Below, in pieces: positions 7,816-16,379 of a DNA stretch of 42,029 nt. The notes under the pieces are model-generated. The model had not been told where the DNA came from and searched no databases. It saw nothing but the letters and a program-made list of their open reading frames with translations. This DNA is from an uncultured Zetaproteobacteria bacterium. GTDB taxonomy: Bacteria > Pseudomonadota > Zetaproteobacteria > Mariprofundales > Mariprofundaceae. How positions within the stretch are numbered: the first letter of the stretch is position 1; each line of letters begins with the position of its first letter. The DNA is taken from assembly GCA_964387725.1 (NCBI GenBank), contig CAYLYU010000001.1:2671-44699 (forward strand). The letters are read 5' to 3'. The translations under genes were made by a program, and so were the position numbers.

Positions 7816-9486
7816 TTAGTGTGCAGCGCCCGGATGAGGTTCAAATTTAACCTTTGAATTCTCACCATAGTTATATGGATGCCAGTTTTCATCCACAATA
7901 GGCGGAGTCGGGAAGTTGCCCTGACCCGGAATCATGGCCGTAGCCGACCACTCCAGTCCCTCGGCTCCCCAGTGATTAGGTCTTGCCTTCTCACCCTTGA
8001 ACATACCATGAAACCAGGAAACCAACATCAGAAGTACTGAAACCACGGTCAGGTAAATGCCAATCGTGGACCAGTGTTGTGCACTGGTAATGGTCGCGTT
8101 ATCGGCGAACATCTGGTAATCCATGTAACGACGCGGCATACCTTCCATACCTGCGAAATACAGCGGAGCCATAACGATATTCATGCCGATAAAGAAACCT
8201 ATGGCGGATACTTTCGTCAAAAACTCATTGCAGACGCGTGTCGTCAGTTTGGGAAACCAGTAGTAGACACCGGCAAAGATACCCATACCACCTGACACCG
8301 CCATCACATAGTGAAAGTGGCTCATGATGACGTAGGAATCAGAGATGCCATAGTCAACTGCGGACAAGGCATTCGGAATGCCGGTGAGCGCCCCGATAAC
8401 TAGCATGAAAAATGCGCAAACAGCCCAGACCATCGGCCCGGTGTAACGGATAACACCCCGGTAGAACGTGCCCGTCAGGCTGAGCATCAGCAAGCCGAAT
8501 GGCAGTGAGATCAGCAGGGTCGTAAAGGTCTGCAGAACGCGAAGCCAGTTAGGAAGGCCGGCCACATAGGCGTGGTGCACCCACACGTCAGCGGACACCG
8601 GAATAAAGGACAGAATCGACCATACCGTCACCTTGTAGTTGAATACCATATTTCGGGCAGAGGTAGAAAATATCTCAAAAAGCACGCCCATAAACGGCAG
8701 CAGAATGACATACACGGCCGGATGCGAATAGAACCAGAACAAATTCTGGTACAGCAGCACATCACCGCCAACCTCAGGATTATAGAAACCGAAGCCAAGG
8801 TATTTATCCAGACTCAGAAGCAGCACAGACGCCGCCAAAACCGGCACAAAGATCAACTGAATGACATTTGCCGTAAACACGGTCCAGGGCAGAATCGGCA
8901 TCTGGAACCAGCCCATACCCTTGCAGCGCATGAAGCCAACCGTACAGGCAAGATTAACAGCGCCGAACACGGATGACATGCCAAGCACAACCACCACCAG
9001 CGAATACAGTGCCGTATTACCAGCCATGTCCGTCAATGAATATGGTGGATAACCCGTCCACATACCGTTGTAGGAATCAGGAATAACCAGATTGGCCAGG
9101 GCGATTAGAATACCTGACCACAACAGCCAGACGCTAAAGGCGTTGACACGCGGAAAGGCCATGTCTCTGGCACCGATCTGGATGGGCACTGCCCAGTTTG
9201 CGAAAAAGCCCAGAAGGGCGGGGATCTGGAAGCCCAGAATCATCACAGCCCCGTGCATTGTTAGCAACAGATTATACAGGTTGCCATCTTCCATAATATC
9301 CGGACCAACGCTGCCAAGCTCAATACGCATGAGCGTAGCTGCTGCACCGGCCACCAGGAACGAGGCAACGGCACCAATCAGATACCAGACACCGATAACC
9401 TTGTGATCAAGCGTAAACAGCCATTCCTTGGCGGTCTTCGGCCAACCCGGCTTACCATTGGGTTCATGTCCCATAAAACCACTCAT
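7816..9486 (-). CDS. ctaD: Cytochrome c oxidase subunit I (A-family, A2 subtype)
   Basis: 556 aa with motifs WLFTLDHKVIGVWYL, LFWFYSHPAVYVILLPFMG and WVHHAYVAG. A GAGGAGG SD lies upstream. Confidence 0.95.
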   Translation of the reverse strand: MSGFMGHEPNGKPGWPKTAKEWLFTLDHKVIGVWYLIGAVASFLVAGAAATLMRIELGSVGPDIMEDGNLYNLLLTMHGAVMILGFQIPALLGFFANWAVPIQIGARDMAFPRVNAFSVWLLWSGILIALANLVIPDSYNGMWTGYPPYSLTDMAGNTALYSLVVVVLGMSSVFGAVNLACTVGFMRCKGMGWFQMPILPWTVFTANVIQLIFVPVLAASVLLLSLDKYLGFGFYNPEVGGDVLLYQNLFWFYSHPAVYVILLPFMGVLFEIFSTSARNMVFNYKVTVWSILSFIPVSADVWVHHAYVAGLPNWLRVLQTFTTLLISLPFGLLMLSLTGTFYRGVIRYTGPMVWAVCAFFMLVIGALTGIPNALSAVDYGISDSYVIMSHFHYVMAVSGGMGIFAGVYYWFPKLTTRVCNEFLTKVSAIGFFIGMNIVMAPLYFAGMEGMPRRYMDYQMFADNATITSAQHWSTIGIYLTVVSVLLMLVSWFHGMFKGEKARPNHWGAEGLEWSATAMIPGQGNFPTPPIVDENWHPYNYGENSKVKFEPHPGAAH

Positions 9487-9520
9487 ATTCTTCCTCCTCT
9501 ATAGTTATTCATCTTATTCA

Positions 9521-10327
9521 TTATTGAACTGCCGGCGCTTCTGCAGCAACTGCTTCAGGCACGATAGATGGAACAGACGCAGGCGCTGCCGCAACAGGCT
9601 CGCCACCTTCGGATGCCATCCAGGCATCAAAATCCGCCTGAGTCATGACAATCGCCTTGCCGTACATGGCCGAGTGATTCTCACCACAGTATTCACGACA
9701 AGTGATCACAGATTCGCCGAGTTGATCCGGCATAAACCACTGCCATGTTACCCGGCCCGGCATCACATCCTCGGTGACACGATACCTGTTCATATAATGT
9801 GAATGCAGCACATCATCGGACTGCATGCGCAGCACAACGGCCTTGCCGACAGGAACCCTGAGTTCGTTATCCGTCTCAACCCCGTTGGGATAGACATAGT
9901 TCCAGTTCCACATTGAAGCCGTCACCTTGATTTCATAAGCATTTGCGGGCGGCTCACGGTATTGATTATGTAGATCCCAGCCCTTCACAAACAGGAAGAG
10001 ATCGTCTGCCAGGAACAGCACAACAGGGATCACTGCCCAGCCAATCTTGGCCTGCGGGCTTAAATGTATCCACTTGCCACGTTCGCCATGGCCTTTTCTT
10101 CTGTATTTCACCATAAACCAGATGGTGATAGCAGTAAAAACGACACCAATGATCGTAATATCAAGCATGGTTTCATGCCAGACTGCATCCCAATGGTCAT
10201 GCGGGGTCATACCGTTGTAGCTCTCCCTACGCGCCGGTTGCATATTAAATGCATACACCAGCGAAGGCAGCAACGGCAACGCCAGCAGCGCCCCCAATAC
10301 CTTATGCAAGAATGATTTTATTTTCAT
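9521..10327 (-). CDS. ctaC: Cytochrome c oxidase subunit II (CuA, no fused cytochrome c domain)
   Basis: 268 aa with a signal peptide, two TM helices and a cupredoxin carrying DVLHSHY ... CREYCGENHSAM. It ends in an Ala/Pro-rich C-terminal tail. Confidence 0.9.
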   Translation of the reverse strand: MKIKSFLHKVLGALLALPLLPSLVYAFNMQPARRESYNGMTPHDHWDAVWHETMLDITIIGVVFTAITIWFMVKYRRKGHGERGKWIHLSPQAKIGWAVIPVVLFLADDLFLFVKGWDLHNQYREPPANAYEIKVTASMWNWNYVYPNGVETDNELRVPVGKAVVLRMQSDDVLHSHYMNRYRVTEDVMPGRVTWQWFMPDQLGESVITCREYCGENHSAMYGKAIVMTQADFDAWMASEGGEPVAAAPASVPSIVPEAVAAEAPAVQ

Positions 10328-11201
10328 CGTTTACCCTCCTTCTTTTCATAATAGTCACTCCAATTATTATCATCGTAACACCGGCGAACAGACCACCTGC
10401 CGCAACAAACAGCGGGATATTGATGGCGTATTTTCCGTCTTTATAGTTGTAGCTATAACAGGCTCCAAGTACAAAATTGATCACGTTCGAGGCAGAAATC
10501 TCCTCACCCAGCGCCTTGGTTATCGAGATCTCCAGATCATTTCCGGAGACAGTGGATCCGTACAGGAAGCGCGTGACCCTGCCCTTTGGAGAGAGCATGA
10601 TATAAACGCTGGGATGCAGAAACATACGATCTCGTGGAGACCAGAAAAATGTGTAGCCAACCGATTCGGTCAATCGCATGATATCTTCCGGATCCTTGAA
10701 CGTGCCCATGCGCCAGCCTTCGGGCAAGCCATCCTTGAAGTCGGACTTCTGCATAAACTTTTGCATGGTTTCCGGCGTATCGTGTTGATCAAATGAAACG
10801 GTCAAGACCTGATAGTCCCGGCCCATAGACCAGCGCTCAACACCCTCCAGCGTATTTCGCAGATTCCGGTTCAAGGCGGAGCAGGCACCATCACAACTGT
10901 AGTAGGAAAGCGCCAGAATGATCGGCTGACCCAACATATCACCAACCCTGAACTCCTGCCCCTCGGCATCCATCAACACATAATCGGAAGAAATCTTTTC
11001 CCCCAGGTACGCATTCTCGTCAATTTTCACCAAGGTGGGATCAATTTCCGAATTCTGCGACACATTGCCATAGGCTGCATGTGCCTCTCCCGCCTGCATC
11101 ATCGACAATACAAACAACGACAAAACCGCAAACAGTGCCGGACGCAGTTTACGCATCCGGCACTGGCACAGTGCATGAGCTGTTCGCATGATCAAGTACA
11201 A
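10302..11201 (-). CDS. SCO1/SenC-family copper chaperone (thioredoxin-like)
   Basis: It has the CxxxC motif (YYSCDGACS) and a downstream His (FLHPS). It has an N-terminal signal/anchor plus an extra C-terminal TM helix (LFVAAGGLFAGVTMIIIGVTIM). The ORF opens at TTG 11201, with ATG alternatives at 11189 and 11156. It overlaps ctaC by 26 nt. Confidence 0.8.
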   Translation of the reverse strand: MYLIMRTAHALCQCRMRKLRPALFAVLSLFVLSMMQAGEAHAAYGNVSQNSEIDPTLVKIDENAYLGEKISSDYVLMDAEGQEFRVGDMLGQPIILALSYYSCDGACSALNRNLRNTLEGVERWSMGRDYQVLTVSFDQHDTPETMQKFMQKSDFKDGLPEGWRMGTFKDPEDIMRLTESVGYTFFWSPRDRMFLHPSVYIMLSPKGRVTRFLYGSTVSGNDLEISITKALGEEISASNVINFVLGACYSYNYKDGKYAINIPLFVAAGGLFAGVTMIIIGVTIMKRRRVNDENKIILA

Positions 11202-11215
11202 GGCCTCTCCGAACC

Positions 11216-11965
11216 TTACCAGTAGAACACTTGCAAGATTGCCCAGATGCCAAGGATATTCACAAAGTGAACATACATACTCATGGACCTTGAGTAGGAC
11301 GGACTTAAGCGTCCCTTAAAGGCCGTGGGCAAGCAGGTCATCATCACCAGGAGGCCGATGACCACGTGGGCAAAGTGAATGCCTGTGAAACCGTAAAGAG
11401 CAGTCGCGTAAGCATTGACGCCAATGGTGAATCCCTGAGCTCCCAGTGCATTCCACTGCATGATTGTCATGGCCAGGAAGACTACCCAGAGAGCAATAGA
11501 GGCCATTACCATGCTGGCATAACCGGATGCGTTTCCATTGATCTCATGCTTGCGCGCAAAGCCAATCGTGAAACTGGAGAGAACAAGAATAATCGTGGCC
11601 ATCAGTGGTGGCTCAATGGCGGGCGTACCCTCGGGCGGCCACACTGGCGCACCCAGTCGGGCAGTCCAGTAACCCATAAGAATACCGCCAATGGTCATGA
11701 TCTCTGTGCCGATGAACATAAACATGGCTGAAGGACTCCAGCCCTCATCATCAATAACACCAATGGTCTCACCGGCCCAGCCGATACCACCAATGATCGT
11801 CAACAGGGCGCCAAGACCCAGCAGAATCACTGCGATAAGACCCTGTTCATAGTTAAATTGCATCATAAAGGCCCATGGCAGAAACAGACCGGATCCAAAA
11901 CCCACCATCAGCGGGTACGGGCTGGTATGCCAGTGAGCTGTATAATGTTTGATTTCTTCGCTCAT
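11216..11965 (-). CDS. ctaE: Heme-copper oxidase subunit III
   Basis: Polytopic ORF with subunit III-like features (HWHTSPYPL, GIHFAHVVIGLLVM). The ORF is open to 11983, but a GGAGGAGGA SD sits about 8 nt upstream of the ATG at 11965 (MSEEIKHY), so I prefer that start. Confidence 0.8.
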   Translation of the reverse strand: MSEEIKHYTAHWHTSPYPLMVGFGSGLFLPWAFMMQFNYEQGLIAVILLGLGALLTIIGGIGWAGETIGVIDDEGWSPSAMFMFIGTEIMTIGGILMGYWTARLGAPVWPPEGTPAIEPPLMATIILVLSSFTIGFARKHEINGNASGYASMVMASIALWVVFLAMTIMQWNALGAQGFTIGVNAYATALYGFTGIHFAHVVIGLLVMMTCLPTAFKGRLSPSYSRSMSMYVHFVNILGIWAILQVFYW

Positions 11966-12007
11966 GCTTTCATCCTCCTCCATTTAGTTTTGTTACTACT
12001 TGAAACA

Positions 12008-12026
12008 TTAGGAGCAGCGCTCCTAA
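12008..12026. promoter_or_regulatory. Perfect 8-bp inverted repeat (TTAGGAGC-agc-GCTCCTAA) in the ctaE leader/promoter region
   Basis: Read directly from the sequence, 43 nt upstream of the preferred ctaE start. It could be a palindromic operator or a 5'-UTR hairpin. No matching regulator was identified. Confidence 0.25.
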
Positions 12027-12229
12027 ACTCTGTTCGGGGCTGCCTCAATAAACAGAAGCTGACCCGGCCAATCCATGTGAAAGTAGAATATTATCTGATG
12101 TTAAAACCCTATCCTCCAAACAACGCAGGCAACCAATATCCGTGCCTGTCCCTAAATATTACATTAATTATCCTTCACGTAGGCCCACACCTTATTTCGA
12201 TCTTGACCTATGTCAAGAACCGGTCTTGC

Positions 12230-12673
12230 TCAGGAAAAAAACAGAGCGCGGTTAATATCGCCTATACTCAACATGCCAGCCAGTTTGCCATTGTCTGTCA
12301 CTGGAATGCGACGAAAGTTTTTCAGGCCCATAAAGGAAGCTGCTTTCAGGATAGGTTCATCCGGGTTAGTGGTTAATGGTTTCGCTGTCATGATATCTTC
12401 CACATTCAGATCCATCGCTTTGGCATATCCATCTTCCATGGAAACAAAATCACGGCTGTGGATTGAATCGTGGATATAATCACCCTGGCTGGGATATAGC
12501 GGTAACAACACATCTCGAACGGCAACCACGCCAACAAGGTTGTTGTCATCATCAACTACCGGAATAGCACCGCAGTGGCGACTTAGCATTTTTGTTACTA
12601 CAGAACGGACACTGTCTGTTTTTCTGGCAGTCAGTACCCCTGCAGTCATAACATCCCGTACGACCATATTCAT
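12230..12673 (-). CDS. CBS-pair domain protein
   Basis: 147 aa with two CBS motifs (VRDVMTAGVLTARKTDSV...HCGAIPVVDDDNNLVGVVAVRDV and VEDIMTAKPLTTNPDEPI...FRRIPVTDNGKLAGMLSIGDI). A GGGGGAG SD lies upstream. Confidence 0.85.
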   Translation of the reverse strand: MNMVVRDVMTAGVLTARKTDSVRSVVTKMLSRHCGAIPVVDDDNNLVGVVAVRDVLLPLYPSQGDYIHDSIHSRDFVSMEDGYAKAMDLNVEDIMTAKPLTTNPDEPILKAASFMGLKNFRRIPVTDNGKLAGMLSIGDINRALFFS

Positions 12674-12729
12674 CTCCCCCTGTATGTTTTATTTTCAGTT
12701 TTCCCGGCATACAGCACTACGCAGGTAGT

Positions 12730-12778
12730 AAAAAAGGCAGCACCATAAACCGGGAGAGAACCTAGCATAGGCTCTGCC
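12730..12778 (-). terminator. Possible rho-independent terminator after crcB
   Basis: The minus strand reads GGCAGAGCC-(25 nt)-GGTGCTGCC, pairing at 8 of 9 positions (one a G-U wobble), followed by TTTTTT. It lies about 25 nt downstream of the crcB stop. The large loop weakens the call. Confidence 0.35.
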
Positions 12779-12801
12779 CCCATCGCAATTGGTTTAGCCT
12801 T

Positions 12802-13176
12802 CTACATCAGTCTGGCGAGCTGTACGCCAAGCCAGGTCGCAAGCAGACATACGGCCACCTGCCCAAATACATTTGCTGCCGCCATGAGGTAGGCTCCGGA
12901 CTGAAGCAGGCGCAGCGATTCCAGTGAATATGTTGAAAAGGTAGTAAAGGCACCCAAAAGACCAACCGTTAAGGCCAGACGAAGAAGTTCACCGAAGCTG
13001 GATCTCTCGGTCAGATAGACAAATATAAATCCGAGAAAAAAACTACCCAACGTATTAACAACAAATGTCCCCCATGGAAAAGAACCTCCGGTCAGACGCT
13101 GTATGCCACCGGCAAGAAACCAGCGCAAACTGGCTCCGAAGGCCCCTCCTGCTGCAATGGCCAGCAACTGTTTCAT
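12802..13176 (-). CDS. crcB: Fluoride ion channel CrcB/FluC
   Basis: 124 aa, four TM, with motifs GGAFGASLRW, FPWGTFVVNTLGSFFLGF and GLLGAFTTFSTY. It has an ATGA overlap with the rarA stop. Confidence 0.9.
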   Translation of the reverse strand: MKQLLAIAAGGAFGASLRWFLAGGIQRLTGGSFPWGTFVVNTLGSFFLGFIFVYLTERSSFGELLRLALTVGLLGAFTTFSTYSLESLRLLQSGAYLMAAANVFGQVAVCLLATWLGVQLARLM

Positions 13177-14450
13177 GAAGCTGTCTTCTTTTGTTGCCTG
13201 CGCTCAGCAAGCCACTGCAGACGCTTTGTCAATTGCTGCTCAAAACCCCTTTGTGTAGGCCGGTACATTTCAGGAGACCCCATTCCATCAGGAAAATGAC
13301 TCTGGACAACCACCGCATCCTCTTCGTCATGGGCATATTGATATGCCTTTCCATAGCCCATATCTTTCATCATGGCGGTGGATGCGTTGCGCAGGTGCAA
13401 AGGCACATCCTTATCCTGAGTTTTTCTGGCCAGTTTCCGGGCAAACTTTTCAGCCATATAGCCGGCATTGCTTTTCGGAGACAGCGAGAGATAAATAGCA
13501 GCCTCAAACAGGCCCTGCTCACCTTCCGGCGAGCCAAGAACTTCAAACATCCGATGCGCAGACAAACAGATGTTCAGGGCCTGCGGCTCAGCCAGCCCGA
13601 TATCTTCGCTTGCCATTCGAATCAATCGACGCGCAATATATAAAGGCTCCTCTCCTGCTTCCAGCATGCGTGCAAGCCAGTAGCAGGACGCATGCGGATC
13701 GGAATCACGTACACTTTTATGCAGAGCCGAGATCTGATCATAATGATCATCACCGCCACGATCGTAACGGGGAGGATGCTTCACCCAATAGTCTTTGACT
13801 GCGCTCAGCGTCCACTGCCCGGCATTACCTGCCTGCCAAATGGATTCCAGTGCATTAAGCGCATAACGGGCATCTCCGTCCGCACTAAGCGCAAGCCAGG
13901 AAATCGCCTCCTGATCCACATTGAAGCTGCTGTGTTGCGTTTGCAGGGAATTCAGGGAGCGCAAGAGAATCGCACTGACATGCGCTGACTCCAACTGCTT
14001 TAAAACTGCCACCCGACAACGGGACAAAAGGGCATTATTCAGGGAAAAGGATGGGTTTTCCGTGGTAGCGCCTATAAAAACAAGAGTTCCATCCTCCACA
14101 TAGGGAAGAAGCACATCCTGTTGCGCCTTGTTAAACCGGTGAACCTCATCCAGAAAAAGCAGATATGTACGACCCTCATTTTTGGCACGGCGAACAATAT
14201 CCTGCACTTCAGCTTTGCCTGCCGCCACGGCAGAGAGATGTACAAAAGGTAGCCGGGCGGCTTTACCCATCAGCATAGCCAGAGTTGTTTTTCCTGTGCC
14301 TGGCGGCCCCCAGAAAATACAGGAAACAGCCTGGCCTGCTTGCAGAGAACGGGAAAACCATGAATCGGGACGGGTCAGTTCCGTCTGGCCCTGAATATCT
14401 TTAAGTCGATCAGGGCGCATGCGAAAGGCCAGTGGCGCAGAGGCAAGCAC
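13173..14450 (-). CDS. rarA: Replication-associated recombination protein A (AAA+ ATPase)
   Basis: 425 aa with PLAFRMRP near the N-terminus, Walker A GPPGTGKTT, Walker B LFLDEVHRFNK, and a MgsA C-terminal region (HYDQISALHKSVRDSDPHASCYWLARML). The start codon is GTG. Confidence 0.9.
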   Translation of the reverse strand: MLASAPLAFRMRPDRLKDIQGQTELTRPDSWFSRSLQAGQAVSCIFWGPPGTGKTTLAMLMGKAARLPFVHLSAVAAGKAEVQDIVRRAKNEGRTYLLFLDEVHRFNKAQQDVLLPYVEDGTLVFIGATTENPSFSLNNALLSRCRVAVLKQLESAHVSAILLRSLNSLQTQHSSFNVDQEAISWLALSADGDARYALNALESIWQAGNAGQWTLSAVKDYWVKHPPRYDRGGDDHYDQISALHKSVRDSDPHASCYWLARMLEAGEEPLYIARRLIRMASEDIGLAEPQALNICLSAHRMFEVLGSPEGEQGLFEAAIYLSLSPKSNAGYMAEKFARKLARKTQDKDVPLHLRNASTAMMKDMGYGKAYQYAHDEEDAVVVQSHFPDGMGSPEMYRPTQRGFEQQLTKRLQWLAERRQQKKTAS

Positions 14451-14476
14451 GGGCTGATCGAATAAATTTTCTGCGT

Positions 14477-15700
14477 TCAGAATAAGGCGGAGACCGATAT
14501 GGCCAGCGTAAATCTGCGATCACGGTAGGCTCCGTCAAAACCAGTACCGCTGGCAATGGTACGATCCGGCAGAAATGTGTAAATAAAGGCTGTATCCAGG
14601 TGGGCGCCAAAACCATCTGCACCAAAGCCAAGACTTACACGATGCTGATTCGCATCAGTTAACCTGGCACTGAAACCACTGTCCAGGCTTGCTGCCTGAT
14701 CAAAAGCATAGCCGAAACGAAACTGGTTGTTTTCCCTCCAAGTCCAGCGAAGGCCTGCCATAAACCCGAAACTGTCTTCCATATTCAAGGGATTCAACTG
14801 TCCATTTTGGGCAACAATATTAAGATCCCTCAAGGTGGACCAGCCGGTCCAGCTCCCGTCTATTTCAAGCTTGAAATTATCCTGAATGTCGTAGGATAAA
14901 CCGATACGCGCTTCATCCGGCAGATTGACGGAGACATGAGCCGGGCCGCTAACGGCAGCAATATTATCTCCTGAAAGCGTGAGACTGGGACTAAAGCGGT
15001 ACATAGCACCCAATGACCAGCCGGGGTGAAATTTCCACATGGCTGATCCGTGTCCGCCGAATGCAACTTTCTCGGTACCATGAAATCTGTTGCTAATGCT
15101 GTCAACATCGCCCGAGGCCACATACCAGTCACCTCCGATAGCCAACGCCAGCCGACTATCCAGGGCATAAATCACATCCAGAGAAGTACGGAAGCTTGTA
15201 AGCCTTGTTCGGTTTGCCTGCCCACCAAATACAGTTGAATCCCACTGATTATCCAGCATAAACGGGCTGCTCACTCCAAAGCCGACACCCCAGTGCCCAT
15301 CCAGCGACATCCAGTTTGCGTAAAAGTGGGCAACAGCCGGATCCTCGCCGCCGTTGGAAGCTACTCCACTGGCGACCGCTGCCGAAGAATTTCTGTACGG
15401 TACAACGCCGCCCAACATCAGGCCTGTACCGGGCTGCCAGGCAATCCCGGCAGGATTATAGGCCATGGCCGAAGGATCATCAGCCTGTGCCGTAAAGGCA
15501 TTTGCCAGACCAAGGGCAGAAACTGATAAATCCTGCGCAGCAAATCCGGCAGCAAAGACCCCGCCGGCATGGAGCCCCAAACCCAGGGCAACCATTGCTG
15601 CAAGAACCTTTCTGGAAAAACTATTCGACACAACGAAACATGGATACTTCACCCCTTCGAAAGCAGCCGCCATCGAAATATTCATTCGCTTTTGTTTCAT
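14477..15700 (-). CDS. Outer-membrane transport protein, FadL/OmpP1/TodX family
   Basis: 407 aa with a signal peptide (...GLGLHAGGVFA). An N-terminal hatch-like motif is present (LGLANAFTAQADDPSAMAYNPAGIAW). Beta-strand periodicity runs throughout and the C-terminal residue is Phe. Confidence 0.75.
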   Translation of the reverse strand: MKQKRMNISMAAAFEGVKYPCFVVSNSFSRKVLAAMVALGLGLHAGGVFAAGFAAQDLSVSALGLANAFTAQADDPSAMAYNPAGIAWQPGTGLMLGGVVPYRNSSAAVASGVASNGGEDPAVAHFYANWMSLDGHWGVGFGVSSPFMLDNQWDSTVFGGQANRTRLTSFRTSLDVIYALDSRLALAIGGDWYVASGDVDSISNRFHGTEKVAFGGHGSAMWKFHPGWSLGAMYRFSPSLTLSGDNIAAVSGPAHVSVNLPDEARIGLSYDIQDNFKLEIDGSWTGWSTLRDLNIVAQNGQLNPLNMEDSFGFMAGLRWTWRENNQFRFGYAFDQAASLDSGFSARLTDANQHRVSLGFGADGFGAHLDTAFIYTFLPDRTIASGTGFDGAYRDRRFTLAISVSALF

Positions 15701-15725
15701 GCCATCCCCTGTCTCTTAGCTCTGT

Positions 15726-16379
15726 TTATTGCTCAACAATATCCACACCCTCAGGGGCGTGAAAGATAAATTTATCCGAGGCCGGTTTCTTTAGAACCCA
15801 TTCACTCAACTCAATGCGATTGCGGTTGGCAAGAGCATCCAGCGTCTCAACATATGCGATCAGGCCCTGTTTTGACAAACCAAGCCAAACTTCGGGGCCA
15901 TCCTTGATACGAATAGAATATCGTCCTTTCGCATCCTCATTCTCAAGTAATGAAAGTTCATCAAGCTGAATCTGACCGGCAAGCAGCTGCATCACTACAG
16001 GATCAACATCTTCAAGATCAACAAGAATTCGAACCTGCATGAGATCCGGTTCATAATGCCACAACTTTTCGCCATTGCTCACAATCAACTGTTCATAGGG
16101 AAGGGTGTATTGCCAGCGAAAACTCTCGGGAGGAAGAACGGCAAGACTGCCGCTATAATGCTGCGTGGAACCGTCGCTATAAATGATCGATTGTCGAAAC
16201 CTGCATGAAAAACCGGGCAATTCAGAAACGCGTTGAATCGCATCACTTAGTTTTAGCGGTAAAGGTTCTTGTTCAGCTGCAGAAGTTGGTGGCAAGCTCA
16301 ATAAACATAGCACTGCAAAAACACAGCAAGTTATTCCTTTGCCCAGACTTACAGGCAGACCCTTTACTCCATGTTTCAC
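15726..16379 (-). CDS. lolA: Outer-membrane lipoprotein carrier protein LolA
   Basis: 217 aa with a signal peptide and a LolA-like core (FRQSIIYSDGSTQHYSGSLAVLPPESFRWQYTLPYEQLIVSNGEKLWHYEPDL). It sits directly downstream of ftsK, as in E. coli. It has a GTG start that overlaps the ftsK stop. Confidence 0.85.
   Translation of the reverse strand: MKHGVKGLPVSLGKGITCCVFAVLCLLSLPPTSAAEQEPLPLKLSDAIQRVSELPGFSCRFRQSIIYSDGSTQHYSGSLAVLPPESFRWQYTLPYEQLIVSNGEKLWHYEPDLMQVRILVDLEDVDPVVMQLLAGQIQLDELSLLENEDAKGRYSIRIKDGPEVWLGLSKQGLIAYVETLDALANRNRIELSEWVLKKPASDKFIFHAPEGVDIVEQ

Noticed and set aside
11966-11983. Six-codon N-terminal extension of ctaE (MEEDES) given in the ORF track
   Set aside because: The GGAGGAGGA inside this stretch is better read as the SD for the ATG at 11965.
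12201-12229. Overlapping short hairpins (CAAGA-ccggt-TCTTG and TCTTGAC-atag-GTCAAGA on the minus strand) right after the CBS gene stop, considered as a terminator
   Set aside because: The stems are only 5-7 bp and no T-tract follows. This is not convincing as an intrinsic terminator.
11858-12479. Plus-strand ORFs 11858-12376 and 12210-12479 spanning the ctaE-CBS intergenic region
   Set aside because: They overlap the 5' end of ctaE and most of the CBS gene in antisense. They lack SDs, and their coding potential is explained by the opposite-strand genes.
13177-13300. Fluoride riboswitch expected upstream of crcB
   Set aside because: This region is the 3' coding end of rarA and overlaps the crcB start. 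I could not see the conserved crcB-motif core by eye.
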